DNA from: an uncultured Puniceicoccaceae bacterium
Lineage (GTDB): Bacteria > Verrucomicrobiota > Verrucomicrobiia > Opitutales > Oceanipulchritudinaceae
DNA: 64,000 bases
Direction: 5' to 3'
Assembly (NCBI GenBank): GCA_963933835.1
Contig: CAWVVV010000001.1
Location: 1-64,000, forward strand
Below, one piece after another: positions 30,182 through 42,814 of the stretch. Numbering within the stretch: position 1 is the stretch's first letter; each line of letters starts with the position of its first letter. The notes under the pieces are model-generated. The model worked only from the letters and a program-made list of their open reading frames with translations. It was not told where the DNA came from and did no database searches. A program made the position numbers and the translations under genes.

Positions 30182-30454
30182 GCCCGAAATCTTCAGCGAA
30201 CGCGCTTCAGCGGAACGTCACTTTGCGTGAATGCAGAAATGGGGCCGAAGATGATTCGTCAGCATTGCCAATTGAGCTCCGTCCAAGGTGACCTCTTACA
30301 AAGCGCCATGGAGCGATTGAAACTGAGCGCCCGTGCCTACGATCGCGTCCTAAAAGTCTCGCGATCCATCGCAGATTTGGCGGGCAGTGATAAGATCGAG
30401 ACGCCTCACTTACTCGAGGCGATTCAATATCGTTCCTTGGATCGTGAGATGTGA
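30182..30454 (+). pseudogene. C-terminal fragment of a YifB/ComM Mg-chelatase-like AAA+ ATPase
   Basis: LQRTRF...NAEMGP...LKLSARAYDRVLKVSRSIADLAGSDKIETPHLLEAIQYRSLDR; the roughly 400 N-terminal residues expected for the family are absent. Confidence 0.8.
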
Positions 30455-30492
30455 TCTCCGGTCTGGAGGAAAACTTAAGAGGCTTAAACTTA

Positions 30493-31299
30493 TTAGCTTC
30501 TAGTGACCCGCTCAACAGCGTGGTCGACGTCTTCGATCACGTCTTCGATCAAGCTCGGCTCTTCTGCCTCTACTTCAACTTCGGAAACAGGCGGCTGCCA
30601 GTCACCCGTCACAGGGCCGTGGATAGCTTCCAACTCTGCTTGGGTCCAAGCTTCCGTCCGGCTGCCAAAATCGGCTCGAACTGAGGCGACCAAAGAAGGA
30701 TCAACAGCGTAGGAGTCGTTGTTATAATCGGGCGATGAGCGAATATAGGTTAAGACTGCAGCAAGCTTCTCGTCATTCAGAGATGGGCCGAAGGCTGTCA
30801 TCGCGTTATTATACGTCACGCCATTGACAACGACTTCACCCTGAAGGCCCGATAGAACCAATTTGATCAAGCGCTGGGGGTCATCCTTCACCCAGTCAGA
30901 TGCGACCAGTGGTGGATAGAGACCAGTCATACCATTTCCGTCGGCCTGGTGACAGGCGATACAGTTCTGAACATAGACGGCTTTGCCCACCTTGAGTGGA
31001 TCCTTGGGTGGAGGCGCTTCGGTTGGGCCGCCCAGTGTAGCGTGCTCATCAAAGACGAACGGGCTGAAATCACCGCGATATTCCGCCATGTAGACGCCTC
31101 CCCAGAAGAAGAGGATCATGAAGAGAAAGACGAGGATCAGAGGCGGGTAAGAGAAATTCTCAGACGGCTCCTCTTTTTCACGCATCAACTGCGCATGAAC
31201 ATGTTGAAGAGCATCGTCGTCAAAATTGTTCGCATCGAAAGTCTCACGAGGTTCGCCGGCTGGCGGTAAGTGTTTCTTTGGTGTTTCGTCGCCGCTCAT
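30493..31299 (-). CDS. Membrane-anchored monoheme cytochrome c (last gene of the ACIII-oxidase operon)
   Basis: One TM helix, CIACH, YPPLVASDWV, distal Met in YNNAMTAF. Confidence 0.88.
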   Translation of the reverse strand: MSGDETPKKHLPPAGEPRETFDANNFDDDALQHVHAQLMREKEEPSENFSYPPLILVFLFMILFFWGGVYMAEYRGDFSPFVFDEHATLGGPTEAPPPKDPLKVGKAVYVQNCIACHQADGNGMTGLYPPLVASDWVKDDPQRLIKLVLSGLQGEVVVNGVTYNNAMTAFGPSLNDEKLAAVLTYIRSSPDYNNDSYAVDPSLVASVRADFGSRTEAWTQAELEAIHGPVTGDWQPPVSEVEVEAEEPSLIEDVIEDVDHAVERVTRS

Positions 31300-31301
31300 C
31301 G

Positions 31302-32018
31302 CTAGTCAGAGAACTTCACTTCTGGAAGCTCGTAGTTCTGGTTAAGGCTAAGGAGATATGCGACCAGATCAGTCGCGTCCCGTGTAGGAACCACCTCGTG
31401 GTCTGCCGAGATTTCCCACGAATCCAACAGATTTATCGCATTACCCGACGGACCCGAAAGCCCGATCGGCTGGATCTCATAGAGGAAAGCATAGGATGGC
31501 ATGATCGACCAACCGTTCAAACTCTGAGGGCTGAAGAGATGCTGGTGTTGCCAAAGCTCGGTATAGCGTAGGCCGACGTTCGAAAGGTCTGGGCCCGTGC
31601 GCATCGTTCCGAGCATGACACGATCGAAAAAGATGTAGTCACGAGCGACCGACTGACGGCTGCCCCACCCACGCTCAAAGTCTGAACCGAAACCCTGTCG
31701 CCGGACCTGCTGTGAGTGACAATAGAGGCAACCTAGCTTCTCGTAAACAGCCAGACCGCGTTGAGCTGACCCAGAAAGAGCAGCGGGGAACATCTCTAGA
31801 CCCACCTCAGGGTTGTTCTCGCCATCTACAATTTGCCCAGATGGGAGCTTGTATGTAGGGCCGACGATTTCGTTACCTTCGGCATCTACGAACGTAGCCG
31901 TAGCAGGTGCGTTTGAACCACTGTCTTCAAACTGAAAGTATGTCGTCAGGATGATACCCGTCCATGAGAAGGCGAGGGTGAAGAAAATGCCGAGGAAAAG
32001 TAGTGGAAGTGATTTCAT
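31302..32018 (-). CDS. ccoO: cbb3-type cytochrome c oxidase subunit II
   Basis: GCLYCHSQQVR, GTMRTGPDLSNVG and SIMPSY motifs. Confidence 0.88.
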   Translation of the reverse strand: MKSLPLLFLGIFFTLAFSWTGIILTTYFQFEDSGSNAPATATFVDAEGNEIVGPTYKLPSGQIVDGENNPEVGLEMFPAALSGSAQRGLAVYEKLGCLYCHSQQVRRQGFGSDFERGWGSRQSVARDYIFFDRVMLGTMRTGPDLSNVGLRYTELWQHQHLFSPQSLNGWSIMPSYAFLYEIQPIGLSGPSGNAINLLDSWEISADHEVVPTRDATDLVAYLLSLNQNYELPEVKFSD

Positions 32019-32024
32019 TGTCTA

Positions 32025-33524
32025 CTAGCTCACGTCCTTAGTAAGCAGTGTTGGCTGCTCGATTTCTGATGTGGTGCGTTTGAACAGAATCCAGCAAACA
32101 CTGATCGCAAAAGCGATGTGGCCAATGGTTATAAGCACACCAGAGAAAGAACGCGCGATCAGATAGGGACGCGTCGCATTCGACACTTCTTCAAAAGTGT
32201 AGGTTGGGACAAGAACGCCGCCGTCATCGGTTAAGGCATTCATCATCGTTCCTTGGATCCAACCGCCAAAGCTCAGAACGATAACCATGACAACGATACC
32301 TACTGAGCACATCCACCAGTGAGTGCGGATGAGGAAAGCACTCGGCCATTCTTTGTGCAAAATCCTTGGGAACATGTAGTAGACTGCACCAAACATCACC
32401 ATGGTATAGAAGGCATAAACACCATGGTGAGCGTGACCCACTGTGAAGTGTGTGAAGTGCGTGACCTCATTAACACTTCGTAGGGCCATGGTCGAACCAA
32501 TCATGCTCGTAACGGTGTAATTGATCGCACCAAAAATAATAAAGCGCATCGTAGGGCTCGCCCAACCTTGTTTATGCAGGCCAACCACGGTGAGGTGGTG
32601 ATTGATCGCTGTAACAAGCACAGGAATCACCATCATCACACTTGCGACGGTCCCGGCTGAAACCACCCATGCTGGAACTGGTCCTCCAATGAGGTGATGC
32701 ACGCCCGCCCAGTTGTAGAAGAAAGCAAGGGCCCAAAAACCAACAACTGAAAGGTAGTAGCTGTGAATCGCACGCCCTAGAACTTTAGGGATCAGGTAGT
32801 AAATCGTCGCGAGAGCAATGGGAGTGAGCCAAAGACCCAGCACATTATGCGCAAACCACCAATTGGTAAGCGATTGAACAACACCGCGCACCGGCACAAG
32901 AATGAGCATGATCTGCGCGGTCGTATAGAGCCATGGCAGCCAAAAGAATGCCGCTAGGATATACCACTGTGAAACGTAAATGTGGTCTGACTGACGCCAG
33001 CGGAAAGCAATGATCACCCAAACGCCCACCATGGCGAACGAGATCGCAATCAGCGGTGTGGCATAGGCGGGCATTTCAAGCCACTCAGGGCCATGCATGT
33101 GGCCCGCTAAAATACCGATAATCCCAATTAATACCCCAATGTTATAAAAGACTCCGGCGGTAAGAAGGATTGGAATATGGCGGATACGCGTCTTGCAAAG
33201 GCGACCCATGATCCACGGTGCAATGGCAAAGGCGATGTTGTTCCCCCACCCGTAGGCCATCGCGTTCAGGTGCACTGTCCTGAGAATCGGCATCGTCTCA
33301 GCGGCGGAGCCACCCAGTTTTATCGAATCCATTGCCGGGTGCATGCTCAATGCTGTGAGCAGAGCAAAGACAGTTCCAACGAGCAGCCAAGCGACCGATG
33401 CAACAATGAAGAAGATCGCGGGCAAGCGCATCGAATCGTCAACTTCACTCAGCTTCGCGCGGATGCTTAAAGCTGGATTATCAGTCGATCTGAAGGATTC
33501 GAGCAGGGAGGAGGATGCACTCAT
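32025..33524 (-). CDS. ccoN: cbb3-type (C-family) heme-copper oxidase subunit I
   Basis: All six His ligands are visible: RTVHLN, WWFAHNVLG, YNWAGVHHL (with the helix-VII Tyr) and TVGHAH; also HIYVSQWY. Confidence 0.9.
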   Translation of the reverse strand: MSASSSLLESFRSTDNPALSIRAKLSEVDDSMRLPAIFFIVASVAWLLVGTVFALLTALSMHPAMDSIKLGGSAAETMPILRTVHLNAMAYGWGNNIAFAIAPWIMGRLCKTRIRHIPILLTAGVFYNIGVLIGIIGILAGHMHGPEWLEMPAYATPLIAISFAMVGVWVIIAFRWRQSDHIYVSQWYILAAFFWLPWLYTTAQIMLILVPVRGVVQSLTNWWFAHNVLGLWLTPIALATIYYLIPKVLGRAIHSYYLSVVGFWALAFFYNWAGVHHLIGGPVPAWVVSAGTVASVMMVIPVLVTAINHHLTVVGLHKQGWASPTMRFIIFGAINYTVTSMIGSTMALRSVNEVTHFTHFTVGHAHHGVYAFYTMVMFGAVYYMFPRILHKEWPSAFLIRTHWWMCSVGIVVMVIVLSFGGWIQGTMMNALTDDGGVLVPTYTFEEVSNATRPYLIARSFSGVLITIGHIAFAISVCWILFKRTTSEIEQPTLLTKDVS

Positions 33525-33545
33525 GAAAAAAGTTTATTGTCTGGC

Positions 33546-33743
33546 CTAAGACTTTGGGAGTTTCCCAGGGAAAAAGTCTGTTTGTTCTCCAGCTGGCTCT
33601 TCCTCATCGAAGATACTCATGGCACCTTCTTCGAGGTTTTCCAGTTGCTTGTTTTTGTGAGCCCAGTGCAACGCGTAGGCAGCCCCGAGGAAAAACAGAC
33701 AAGCGAGCCCGAAAATGGCTCCGATGTATGGTGTCCAGTCCAT
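33546..33743 (-). CDS. ccoS: cbb3 oxidase maturation protein, CcoS/FixS-like
   Basis: One TM helix, then WAHKNKQLENLEEGAMSIFDEEEP, matching the CcoS W-A-x-x-x-x-Q-x-x-x-L-E pattern. Confidence 0.7.
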   Translation of the reverse strand: MDWTPYIGAIFGLACLFFLGAAYALHWAHKNKQLENLEEGAMSIFDEEEPAGEQTDFFPGKLPKS

Positions 33744-33748
33744 TCAGT

Positions 33749-34052
33749 CTACTGCTCAGCCTCCTTAAGCTCAGCTAAAAGAAGCGTTTTACTGCGCTCA
33801 AGCGGAAGGCGAACTTGCCCTTCGGCCTCATTGATCCACTGGTAAGTCGTCGCGTTTTTTTTCTGATCTGCTTCGACTTGTGCCTTAATCTGAAGGCGCT
33901 CTTCGACGTAGAGACCATCAAGATCCTTCGACGGATTTCGCAGGTAAGTGATCGCAACAATGAGTGCGAAAGATAGGATGACACCCAGCCAGCCGAGGGC
34001 CGAAAAGAGCACCTTGCTATCTGAAGGCTCAGGCGGGAGGGAAGAGGATGAA

Positions 34053-34060
<8 letters not shown>
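33749..34060 (-). CDS. Small single-TM protein, ActG-like
   Basis: MDSSSS start overlaps the actF stop; TM helix plus TTYQWINEAEGQVRLPLERS (Y-x-W-I/V...G-x-V-R-x-P pattern seen in ACIII accessory subunits). Confidence 0.6.
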
Positions 34061-35329
<1,269 letters not shown>

Positions 35330-35333
<4 letters not shown>

Positions 35334-35992
35334 AATCCAAGGTCTCCTCGATGTTCAGCTGGAACATCTTCAATTGATCCTGAGGCGGCACGCTGGAGCG
35401 CACGCACATAGAGCACGACTTGCCAGCGCTCTTCGGGACGAAGCTTTGCGCCATAGGCACCCATCGTATTCAAGCCCCACGTAATTGTGTTAAAAATCTC
35501 ACCTTCTGGCTGATCCATGATCCGCTGCTGTAAGAGGCTCGCGATGGTAGCAAATCCGTAGCGTGGATTCTTCAAAACGCCATTGCCGTCGCCGGTGGTG
35601 CCGTGGCAAATCGCGCAATAGAGGTTAAAGTTTTGCTCACCTGCTTCCATCACGGCGTTCGTGATCGCGATCGGAAAGCCGCTGCCAAATTCACCTTGAT
35701 CGTCTTTGCCGCTGACGAAGTAATCGTCCTCGTTGAAGGCATCCGGTGGTGAAAGGTGCGCGTATGTGTCTTCAAGAACGGTTGTTGTTGGGACCGCTCC
35801 AGGAACACGTGGGCGATCTGTCCGTCCGTCCGCAAAGAAATCGGATGTCGACTGCTCACCAAACTTGGCTTGGTGGTCCATATCCGGAAAGAGCTCGAGT
35901 GGGCGGCGACTGCTTTTACAGCCCCTCAGTCCGAGTCCCGAAAGAACGAGAACAATGACGAAAAAATAGATGATGAAAAAGTTCTTTAACAT
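35330..35992 (-). CDS. actE: Alternative complex III monoheme cytochrome c lipoprotein, subunit E
   Basis: Lipobox-like LRGC, PDMDHQAK, CAICH and ERWQVVLYVRALQ motifs. Confidence 0.9.
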
Positions 35993-36534
35993 CAGACTGA
36001 TTCCTCCCCGCTAACCATGGTCACTTCGAGGGCGCCCAAGCCCTCAAGAAAGCTCGTAGTCGATGCTTCATCGAAGTTTGGATCGTCTGTTTCAATCACG
36101 ATTGCGAATTGATCATCTGTCAGGCGACGGAACTTATCATAGTTCATCACCGGATGATAATGCATCGGGAGGCGGTTAAGGATAAACATGCCACCAAGGG
36201 TTCCAAAGGCACCGAGCAAAATAGTGAGCTCGTAAGCGATCGGGAAAGGGAAAACGAAGTCGAAGTATGGCTTACCACCAACAATCAAGGGGTAGTTTAA
36301 CTGCCCCATTATAAACGCGATCGTCATACCGGTGCAAAAACCAGTGATCCCACCGATGAAGGTAAAGACTGGCACCTTTGAGCGTTTCAAGCCCATGGCA
36401 TCATCCAGACCATGAATTGGAAACGGCGTGATGCAGTCCCAGTTCTTGTAGCCAGCGTCGCGGACCTTCTTAGCCGCAGCGTAAACTGCTTTCGGCGTAT
36501 CGAATATTCCTAAAATTCCGTAAGATTTACTCAT
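35992..36534 (-). CDS. actD: Alternative complex III subunit D (DUF3341)
   Basis: TPFPIHGLDDAMG, YPLIVGGKP, YELTIL and TDDQFAI motifs. Confidence 0.92.
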   Translation of the reverse strand: MSKSYGILGIFDTPKAVYAAAKKVRDAGYKNWDCITPFPIHGLDDAMGLKRSKVPVFTFIGGITGFCTGMTIAFIMGQLNYPLIVGGKPYFDFVFPFPIAYELTILLGAFGTLGGMFILNRLPMHYHPVMNYDKFRRLTDDQFAIVIETDDPNFDEASTTSFLEGLGALEVTMVSGEESV

Positions 36535-36545
36535 CGTCGTAAGCC

Positions 36546-38051
<1,506 letters not shown>

Positions 38052-38082
38052 AGCAGCAGTGAGTTAAAGTTCGTAGTTAGAA

Positions 38083-41000
38083 TTAGTGGCTAGTGTGGCC
38101 GGTTGTCTCAGCATGGTGATCATCATGTCCGTGGTCGTCGTGGCCGCCGCCATGGTCATCGCCATGCCCTGCGGCGTGACCGGAAGCTTGATCGTATTCA
38201 GCGCGGCTCAGAGCCTGGCTGTTGTAATCAGGCATAGCGGGATTTGGATTCCGCAAGCGGGCAAGGTAAGTTGTCCGTGGGCGAACGTTCAAGTAGCCTA
38301 AGACGGAGTAGTCGCGGTCGTTTGCTTTCGCTTTCGATACCGCTGAGTCCGCATCGGAGATATCGCCAAAAGTGATCGCTTCGGTTGGGCAGGCAGCTTG
38401 ACATGCAACACGGATGACACCGTCGGGAACGTGAATATCGTTCGAATCCTTCGCAGTGACCTTTTGGGCGATTTTAGCCTGTTGGATACGTTGCACACAG
38501 TAAGTGCACTTCTCCATCACACCACGCATACGAACCGTCACATCCGGATTTGCCTGCATCGACTTGAGCACGCCACCGTCGGTTTTGTAGACGTTTGTTC
38601 CTACAGGGCCGAGGTAGTATTCATCCGACGCGCGCTTGTTGTAATCAAAGAAGTTAAAGCGGCGAACTTTGTAAGGGCAGTTGTTCGCGCAGTAGCGGGT
38701 ACCAACACAGCGGTTGTAGGCCATCGTGTTGATGCCTTGGGTGTCGTGAACCGTCGCATTGACCGGGCAAACTTGCTCACACGGAGCCATCTCACAGTGC
38801 ATGCAAGCGACGGGCATGAGTGCTGCCTGTGGATCATGCGGAAGGCTGGTGCGATTAGCTGCCAGATCACCTGAAGTGTAGTAGCGATCGAGACGAATCC
38901 AATGCATCTCCCGGCCACGCATGACCTGATCTTTACCAACGATTGGAATGTTGTTCTCACTCTGACACGCTACGATACAGGAGTTACAGCCTGTGCAGGT
39001 ATTGAGGTCGACCGACATACCCCACTGCTGCTCAGGAATGAACTTTGCGAGGGCTTCTTCGTCCTTCCAGACGTCCACGTTTGGAGGTGGAGCGCCGAAA
39101 TCAGGTGTTTCGTAAAGGGATCCACCGCGCGGTGTTGAAAGCGACTTCTCCTGCAAAGGCATCTTCTTGTCAGCACCGTAGATCGCTGGGGAGTGTGACT
39201 CCATCCCGACCGTATCGACCCATTTGGGGTCTTTGAGGTGGGACTCAACATTCGCTTCACGAATAATTGCACGGCCTTCCATCGACCAGTGCTCTTGGGT
39301 GTTAGCGAGTTTGATCGGTGCTTCGTCTGGAAGAATCGCGATCGAGGCCCCTGTGCGCACAAAACTGGATGCGGTGGAAAGAGGATAAGCGTCGAAGCCA
39401 GCACCCTTTCCTACTCTACCGACATTACGTCGACCATAGCCAAGCGGCATCACGATCGTCCAGTCAGCGAGACCCGGCATAACATGCAATGGTCCGCGGA
39501 TCGTTTGATCACCAACGGTGACCTCAACAACGGGTGCCGTCTCGCGACCGCGTTTTATACGGAAAGATTTTTTCGCAATGCCGGTGCCAGGGATGAGGAA
39601 CGAACCATCCTTCGTATCGTAGCCGAGAATGTCTTCAGCGATGCGCGGGCTGATGAGGATCGCATTGTCCCATGCCAGCTTTGTCATCGGATCGGGACAC
39701 TCTTGCAGCCAACCATTGTTCGCGTAACTGCCATCGCCGATCGAGTCGTCTTTCGTAAGAACAACTTCGAGTTTTTCGGCACTGAGTCCAGGAGCGGCTA
39801 ATAAAGCTAGATCAAGAGCTGACTTGATTGCGGAACGACCGATCGACGCAGATGAGACCTTGTAGGCACTATCGTCCTTGTATCCGACACTCAGGACACG
39901 CTGAAAGTCTTTGTCGTTACCACCAAAGTGGCTCTCAAAGGTTTCAAAGGTCGCTGCGTATGGGTCACTCTTGACATCGGCGAGCGTCGCAATGACTTCA
40001 TTTTCCTGCCAAGTATCAAACAACGGCAGGACCATTGGCTGAGACGGCAGGTAGGTTCCATCAAAAGTCCGTCCGTCCCCCCAACTCTCCAAATAATGTG
40101 TCGAAGCGATGGTGAGGCCGCCCGCACTTGATACCTCTACAGAGGTTTCATCAAAGCTAGCGCCGAGGCGAACGACGTCGTCGAGTTTGGCAAGGAGGGC
40201 TGTAAAACCGAGATCAGCAGGAGCATTGTAAGCTGGGTTTCCACCAAGAATAACGAGCGACTTGATGCGGCCTTCGGTGATGCCTTGGGCCAAATCACTG
40301 ATCGACGCAGCGGCTTGAGCACCCGTTTCGACATAGTCTACGGTTTCGCCACGCGCCTTGAGGAGCTCATTCGAAAACATGACCAACTGGTGCACACTTG
40401 CTGGCAAATGACTGCCGGCCATGACAACCGAATGCCCGCTATGGGCGAGAAGGTCTGTTACGCAGTTGTGAACCCAAGCTTGATCAATAGGGGCCGAACC
40501 AGCACTCGAACGCAGGCTATCAGCGAAGGCGGTATCGGCGCCCAGTTCCTGAAGCAATTCAGCAACGAGCAATGACGCAAAGGCAGCCATCTCACTCGCT
40601 CCAAGACGGAGACGGTGATCGGCCATTGCACCCGAAATACTAAAGGCAGACTCGACCGCATAGTAGCGGCTCATCTTCTTCGCTTCGTCCTTGTTGGCGA
40701 CGCGGCGACCCGCAGCAAAAGAACGCGATAGGCCAACCGAGCCACCTTCTTTGCTCAGGAAATCACTATCGATGCTCAGGATGCGCTTTGCCTTCTCTAG
40801 CTTGTAGACGGGGCGAGTCGATTCACCGGCCAGAGCAGAAGCAGCTTTCTCAGCCGAATCGCGGGCAGCAGGCTCATATTCGGCCCAGACAGCGCGACTA
40901 AAGCGTGACTTAAGCGCTTCGACGAGACGTTGCCGTGTCGGCGAAGACGATGGTGCCGCGAGGAAAGCGAGCTCTTGTCCACGTGTCGGACGGAACTTCG

Positions 41001-41535
41001 CAGCCAATGCATCGATCGCATCAGCGACGTCGGCACGCGCGATGCGCTTGTTTCCGCGGTAAGCGGAGGTGAGGCGATCGGGATCGTAAAGATCAAGAAT
41101 CGAAGCAGACGCAAAGGCAGTTACCGCACCACCGTAGGCGGCGAAATCACGATTGCCCTCGATGTGCGTCGGACGATTTTGGTGCGTCTCAACCACGAGG
41201 GGCAGACTATCGACCGCATCTGGCATCGCCGTGGTATAGTGAACCGGAAGACCTGGAATCGATGCCTCGGGAACAGTATCACCACTCTGCTTAGAGTAAG
41301 GTGCGATGTATTTCTCTGGTCGGCGGCAACCAACCATTCCGACGCCGGCAGCAGCGAAGGACGCCGACATAATCTTGAGAAAGTGACGACGATTGACCCC
41401 ATCTATTTCAGATGCGCCCTGTGGGAATTCACGATGTATCCACTGTTTGAACTCAGGAGAATCCTGAAGTTCGTCGAGGCTACGCCAGTATTGTGGACCG
41501 GTCAGAGAATCCTTTGAAGAGTTCGAAGACTTCAT
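38083..41535 (-). CDS. actB: Alternative complex III subunit B (molybdopterin-oxidoreductase-like domain plus Fe-S domain)
   Basis: YWRSLDEL, Tat-like NRRHFLK and ANNGWLQE; Cys clusters CTGCNSC, CMHCEMAPC, CVGTRYCANNC and CTYC. Start at 41535 in a TAATG overlap with actA. Confidence 0.95.
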   Translation of the reverse strand: MKSSNSSKDSLTGPQYWRSLDELQDSPEFKQWIHREFPQGASEIDGVNRRHFLKIMSASFAAAGVGMVGCRRPEKYIAPYSKQSGDTVPEASIPGLPVHYTTAMPDAVDSLPLVVETHQNRPTHIEGNRDFAAYGGAVTAFASASILDLYDPDRLTSAYRGNKRIARADVADAIDALAAKFRPTRGQELAFLAAPSSSPTRQRLVEALKSRFSRAVWAEYEPAARDSAEKAASALAGESTRPVYKLEKAKRILSIDSDFLSKEGGSVGLSRSFAAGRRVANKDEAKKMSRYYAVESAFSISGAMADHRLRLGASEMAAFASLLVAELLQELGADTAFADSLRSSAGSAPIDQAWVHNCVTDLLAHSGHSVVMAGSHLPASVHQLVMFSNELLKARGETVDYVETGAQAAASISDLAQGITEGRIKSLVILGGNPAYNAPADLGFTALLAKLDDVVRLGASFDETSVEVSSAGGLTIASTHYLESWGDGRTFDGTYLPSQPMVLPLFDTWQENEVIATLADVKSDPYAATFETFESHFGGNDKDFQRVLSVGYKDDSAYKVSSASIGRSAIKSALDLALLAAPGLSAEKLEVVLTKDDSIGDGSYANNGWLQECPDPMTKLAWDNAILISPRIAEDILGYDTKDGSFLIPGTGIAKKSFRIKRGRETAPVVEVTVGDQTIRGPLHVMPGLADWTIVMPLGYGRRNVGRVGKGAGFDAYPLSTASSFVRTGASIAILPDEAPIKLANTQEHWSMEGRAIIREANVESHLKDPKWVDTVGMESHSPAIYGADKKMPLQEKSLSTPRGGSLYETPDFGAPPPNVDVWKDEEALAKFIPEQQWGMSVDLNTCTGCNSCIVACQSENNIPIVGKDQVMRGREMHWIRLDRYYTSGDLAANRTSLPHDPQAALMPVACMHCEMAPCEQVCPVNATVHDTQGINTMAYNRCVGTRYCANNCPYKVRRFNFFDYNKRASDEYYLGPVGTNVYKTDGGVLKSMQANPDVTVRMRGVMEKCTYCVQRIQQAKIAQKVTAKDSNDIHVPDGVIRVACQAACPTEAITFGDISDADSAVSKAKANDRDYSVLGYLNVRPRTTYLARLRNPNPAMPDYNSQALSRAEYDQASGHAAGHGDDHGGGHDDHGHDDHHAETTGHTSH

Positions 41536-42200
41536 TAGCGGTGGCAGCCCGAGCAGCTCTGGGGCGGGTTGATGTTCCAATTGACAACAGCGGCGTGTGG
41601 ATCCCAGTCAGCCGAAGCATCCTCGGGGGTCCAGTTGAGGTTAAAGACCTCGTCTACAGGGCGAACGTGCTCTTCAGGATTACGGTGGCAATCTAGGCAG
41701 AAAGCCATCGACAGACTCTTTTCGTGACCGACGACAACCGCCTCATTGACGTTGCCGTGACACTCAACGCAGCTGACTCCGCGATTCACGTGAACCGCAT
41801 GATTAAAGTAAACGTAGTCCGGCACAGAGTGAATCCGCACCCACTCGACGGGGTCCCCGCCTTCAAAGGATGCGCGGATCGGTGCGATCTTAGGACTGTC
41901 TGGATTGATCACTGGGCTGCGCACATTGCTGTGGCAATTCATACACGTCCCAGCATCCGGAACATTTGCATGACCACTTTCGTCCACGTGCGTGTGGCAG
42001 TAACGGCAATCAAGGCCGAGCTGCTCAACATGGAGGTAGTGGTTGTAGGCCACCGGCTGAGTCGGCGTATAGCCAACTCGCGACCAGTTGGGAGACCAGT
42101 AATACGTAACCGCGGCCGCAAGCGTGGCAACGACCACGAATACTATCACCGCGATTTTCCACGGAGCCGAGTTTATGGATGGGGAAAAGAAATTCGCCAT
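41535..42200 (-). CDS. actA: Alternative complex III pentaheme cytochrome c, subunit A
   Basis: N-terminal TM helix and five CxxCH motifs (CRYCH, CMNCH, CVECH, CLDCH, CSGCH). Confidence 0.95.
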   Translation of the reverse strand: MANFFSPSINSAPWKIAVIVFVVVATLAAAVTYYWSPNWSRVGYTPTQPVAYNHYLHVEQLGLDCRYCHTHVDESGHANVPDAGTCMNCHSNVRSPVINPDSPKIAPIRASFEGGDPVEWVRIHSVPDYVYFNHAVHVNRGVSCVECHGNVNEAVVVGHEKSLSMAFCLDCHRNPEEHVRPVDEVFNLNWTPEDASADWDPHAAVVNWNINPPQSCSGCHR

Positions 42201-42221
42201 GCGCGTCGAAAGTTAAGGGTC

Positions 42222-42370
42222 GCTCCTCCAGTTAGCTGGAGCGCTTGATTTGGGCACGCGGGTCAGTCTGCATGCGGTTTAAGAGTTCGGATCGAGCATC
42301 GCTCCGGTCAGCACGAGTGCTGCTGGATGCCTGTTCAGCGCTTTCACGCCGAAATGGAAGAAATGCAGAC
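42222..42370 (-). ncRNA. Candidate structured cis-regulatory RNA in the 5' leader of the act-cco operon
   Basis: Closing stem GUCUGCAU/AUGCAGAC encloses the hairpin UUCGGCGU-GAAA-GCGCUGAA and a GCAUC/GAUGC stem capped by CAGCA-CUCG-UGCUG. A further hairpin CUCCAG-CUAA-CUGGAG lies just before the start codon. Confidence 0.4.
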
Positions 42371-42772
42371 AAAAACGTTTTTCGATTAACTCTAAAATCA
42401 GCCATAGCAATTAGTTAGGAAGGTTCCATCAGGAAGCTTTTTTAACCCCACAAAAGCCGAATTAGGCTAAGTTCCAAAAATCAAGGCAAGAGGAAAACAA
42501 TGCAAACTGCTCTGTGCCCGCGATTGCCGCCATTACGCGTATGAAATTCTTCGCTATTCATTACGGGACACGCAAATCGGTATCAAAGAAGGCTTCCAAT
42601 CTACCCCCTCATGCCCAGTAAGCGTGCTATATATTGAGCATCATAGTAACTTTGATACACGAAACAGATTTTGCTCTACCAGCGAAACTTATAAGCCTAA
42701 TCAGCAATGTTGAAAAGCGACCGTATTCAGGTTGAATGGGTTAGGAAGGCTGTCCCCTTTACCCACCCATTG

Positions 42773-42802
42773 AAGGCTCGGTTTCGAAAGAAGCCGGGCC
42801 TT
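42773..42802 (+). terminator. Strong hairpin AAGGCTCGGTTTC-GAAA-GAAGCCGGGCCTT upstream of the GIY-YIG remnant
   Basis: 13-bp stem (including G-U pairs) with a GAAA loop; no clean U-tract, so terminator function is uncertain. Confidence 0.45.
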
Positions 42803-42814
42803 GGCCATTTTTGG

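Noticed and set aside
42371..42706. FNR/Crp box upstream of the microaerobic respiratory operon
   Set aside because: No convincing TTGAT-N4-ATCAA was found by eye, only isolated half-sites.
42750..42802. tRNA gene upstream of the GIY-YIG remnant
   Set aside because: No cloverleaf or T-loop (GTTCRA) could be built; only a CCCACCCA and a hairpin are present.
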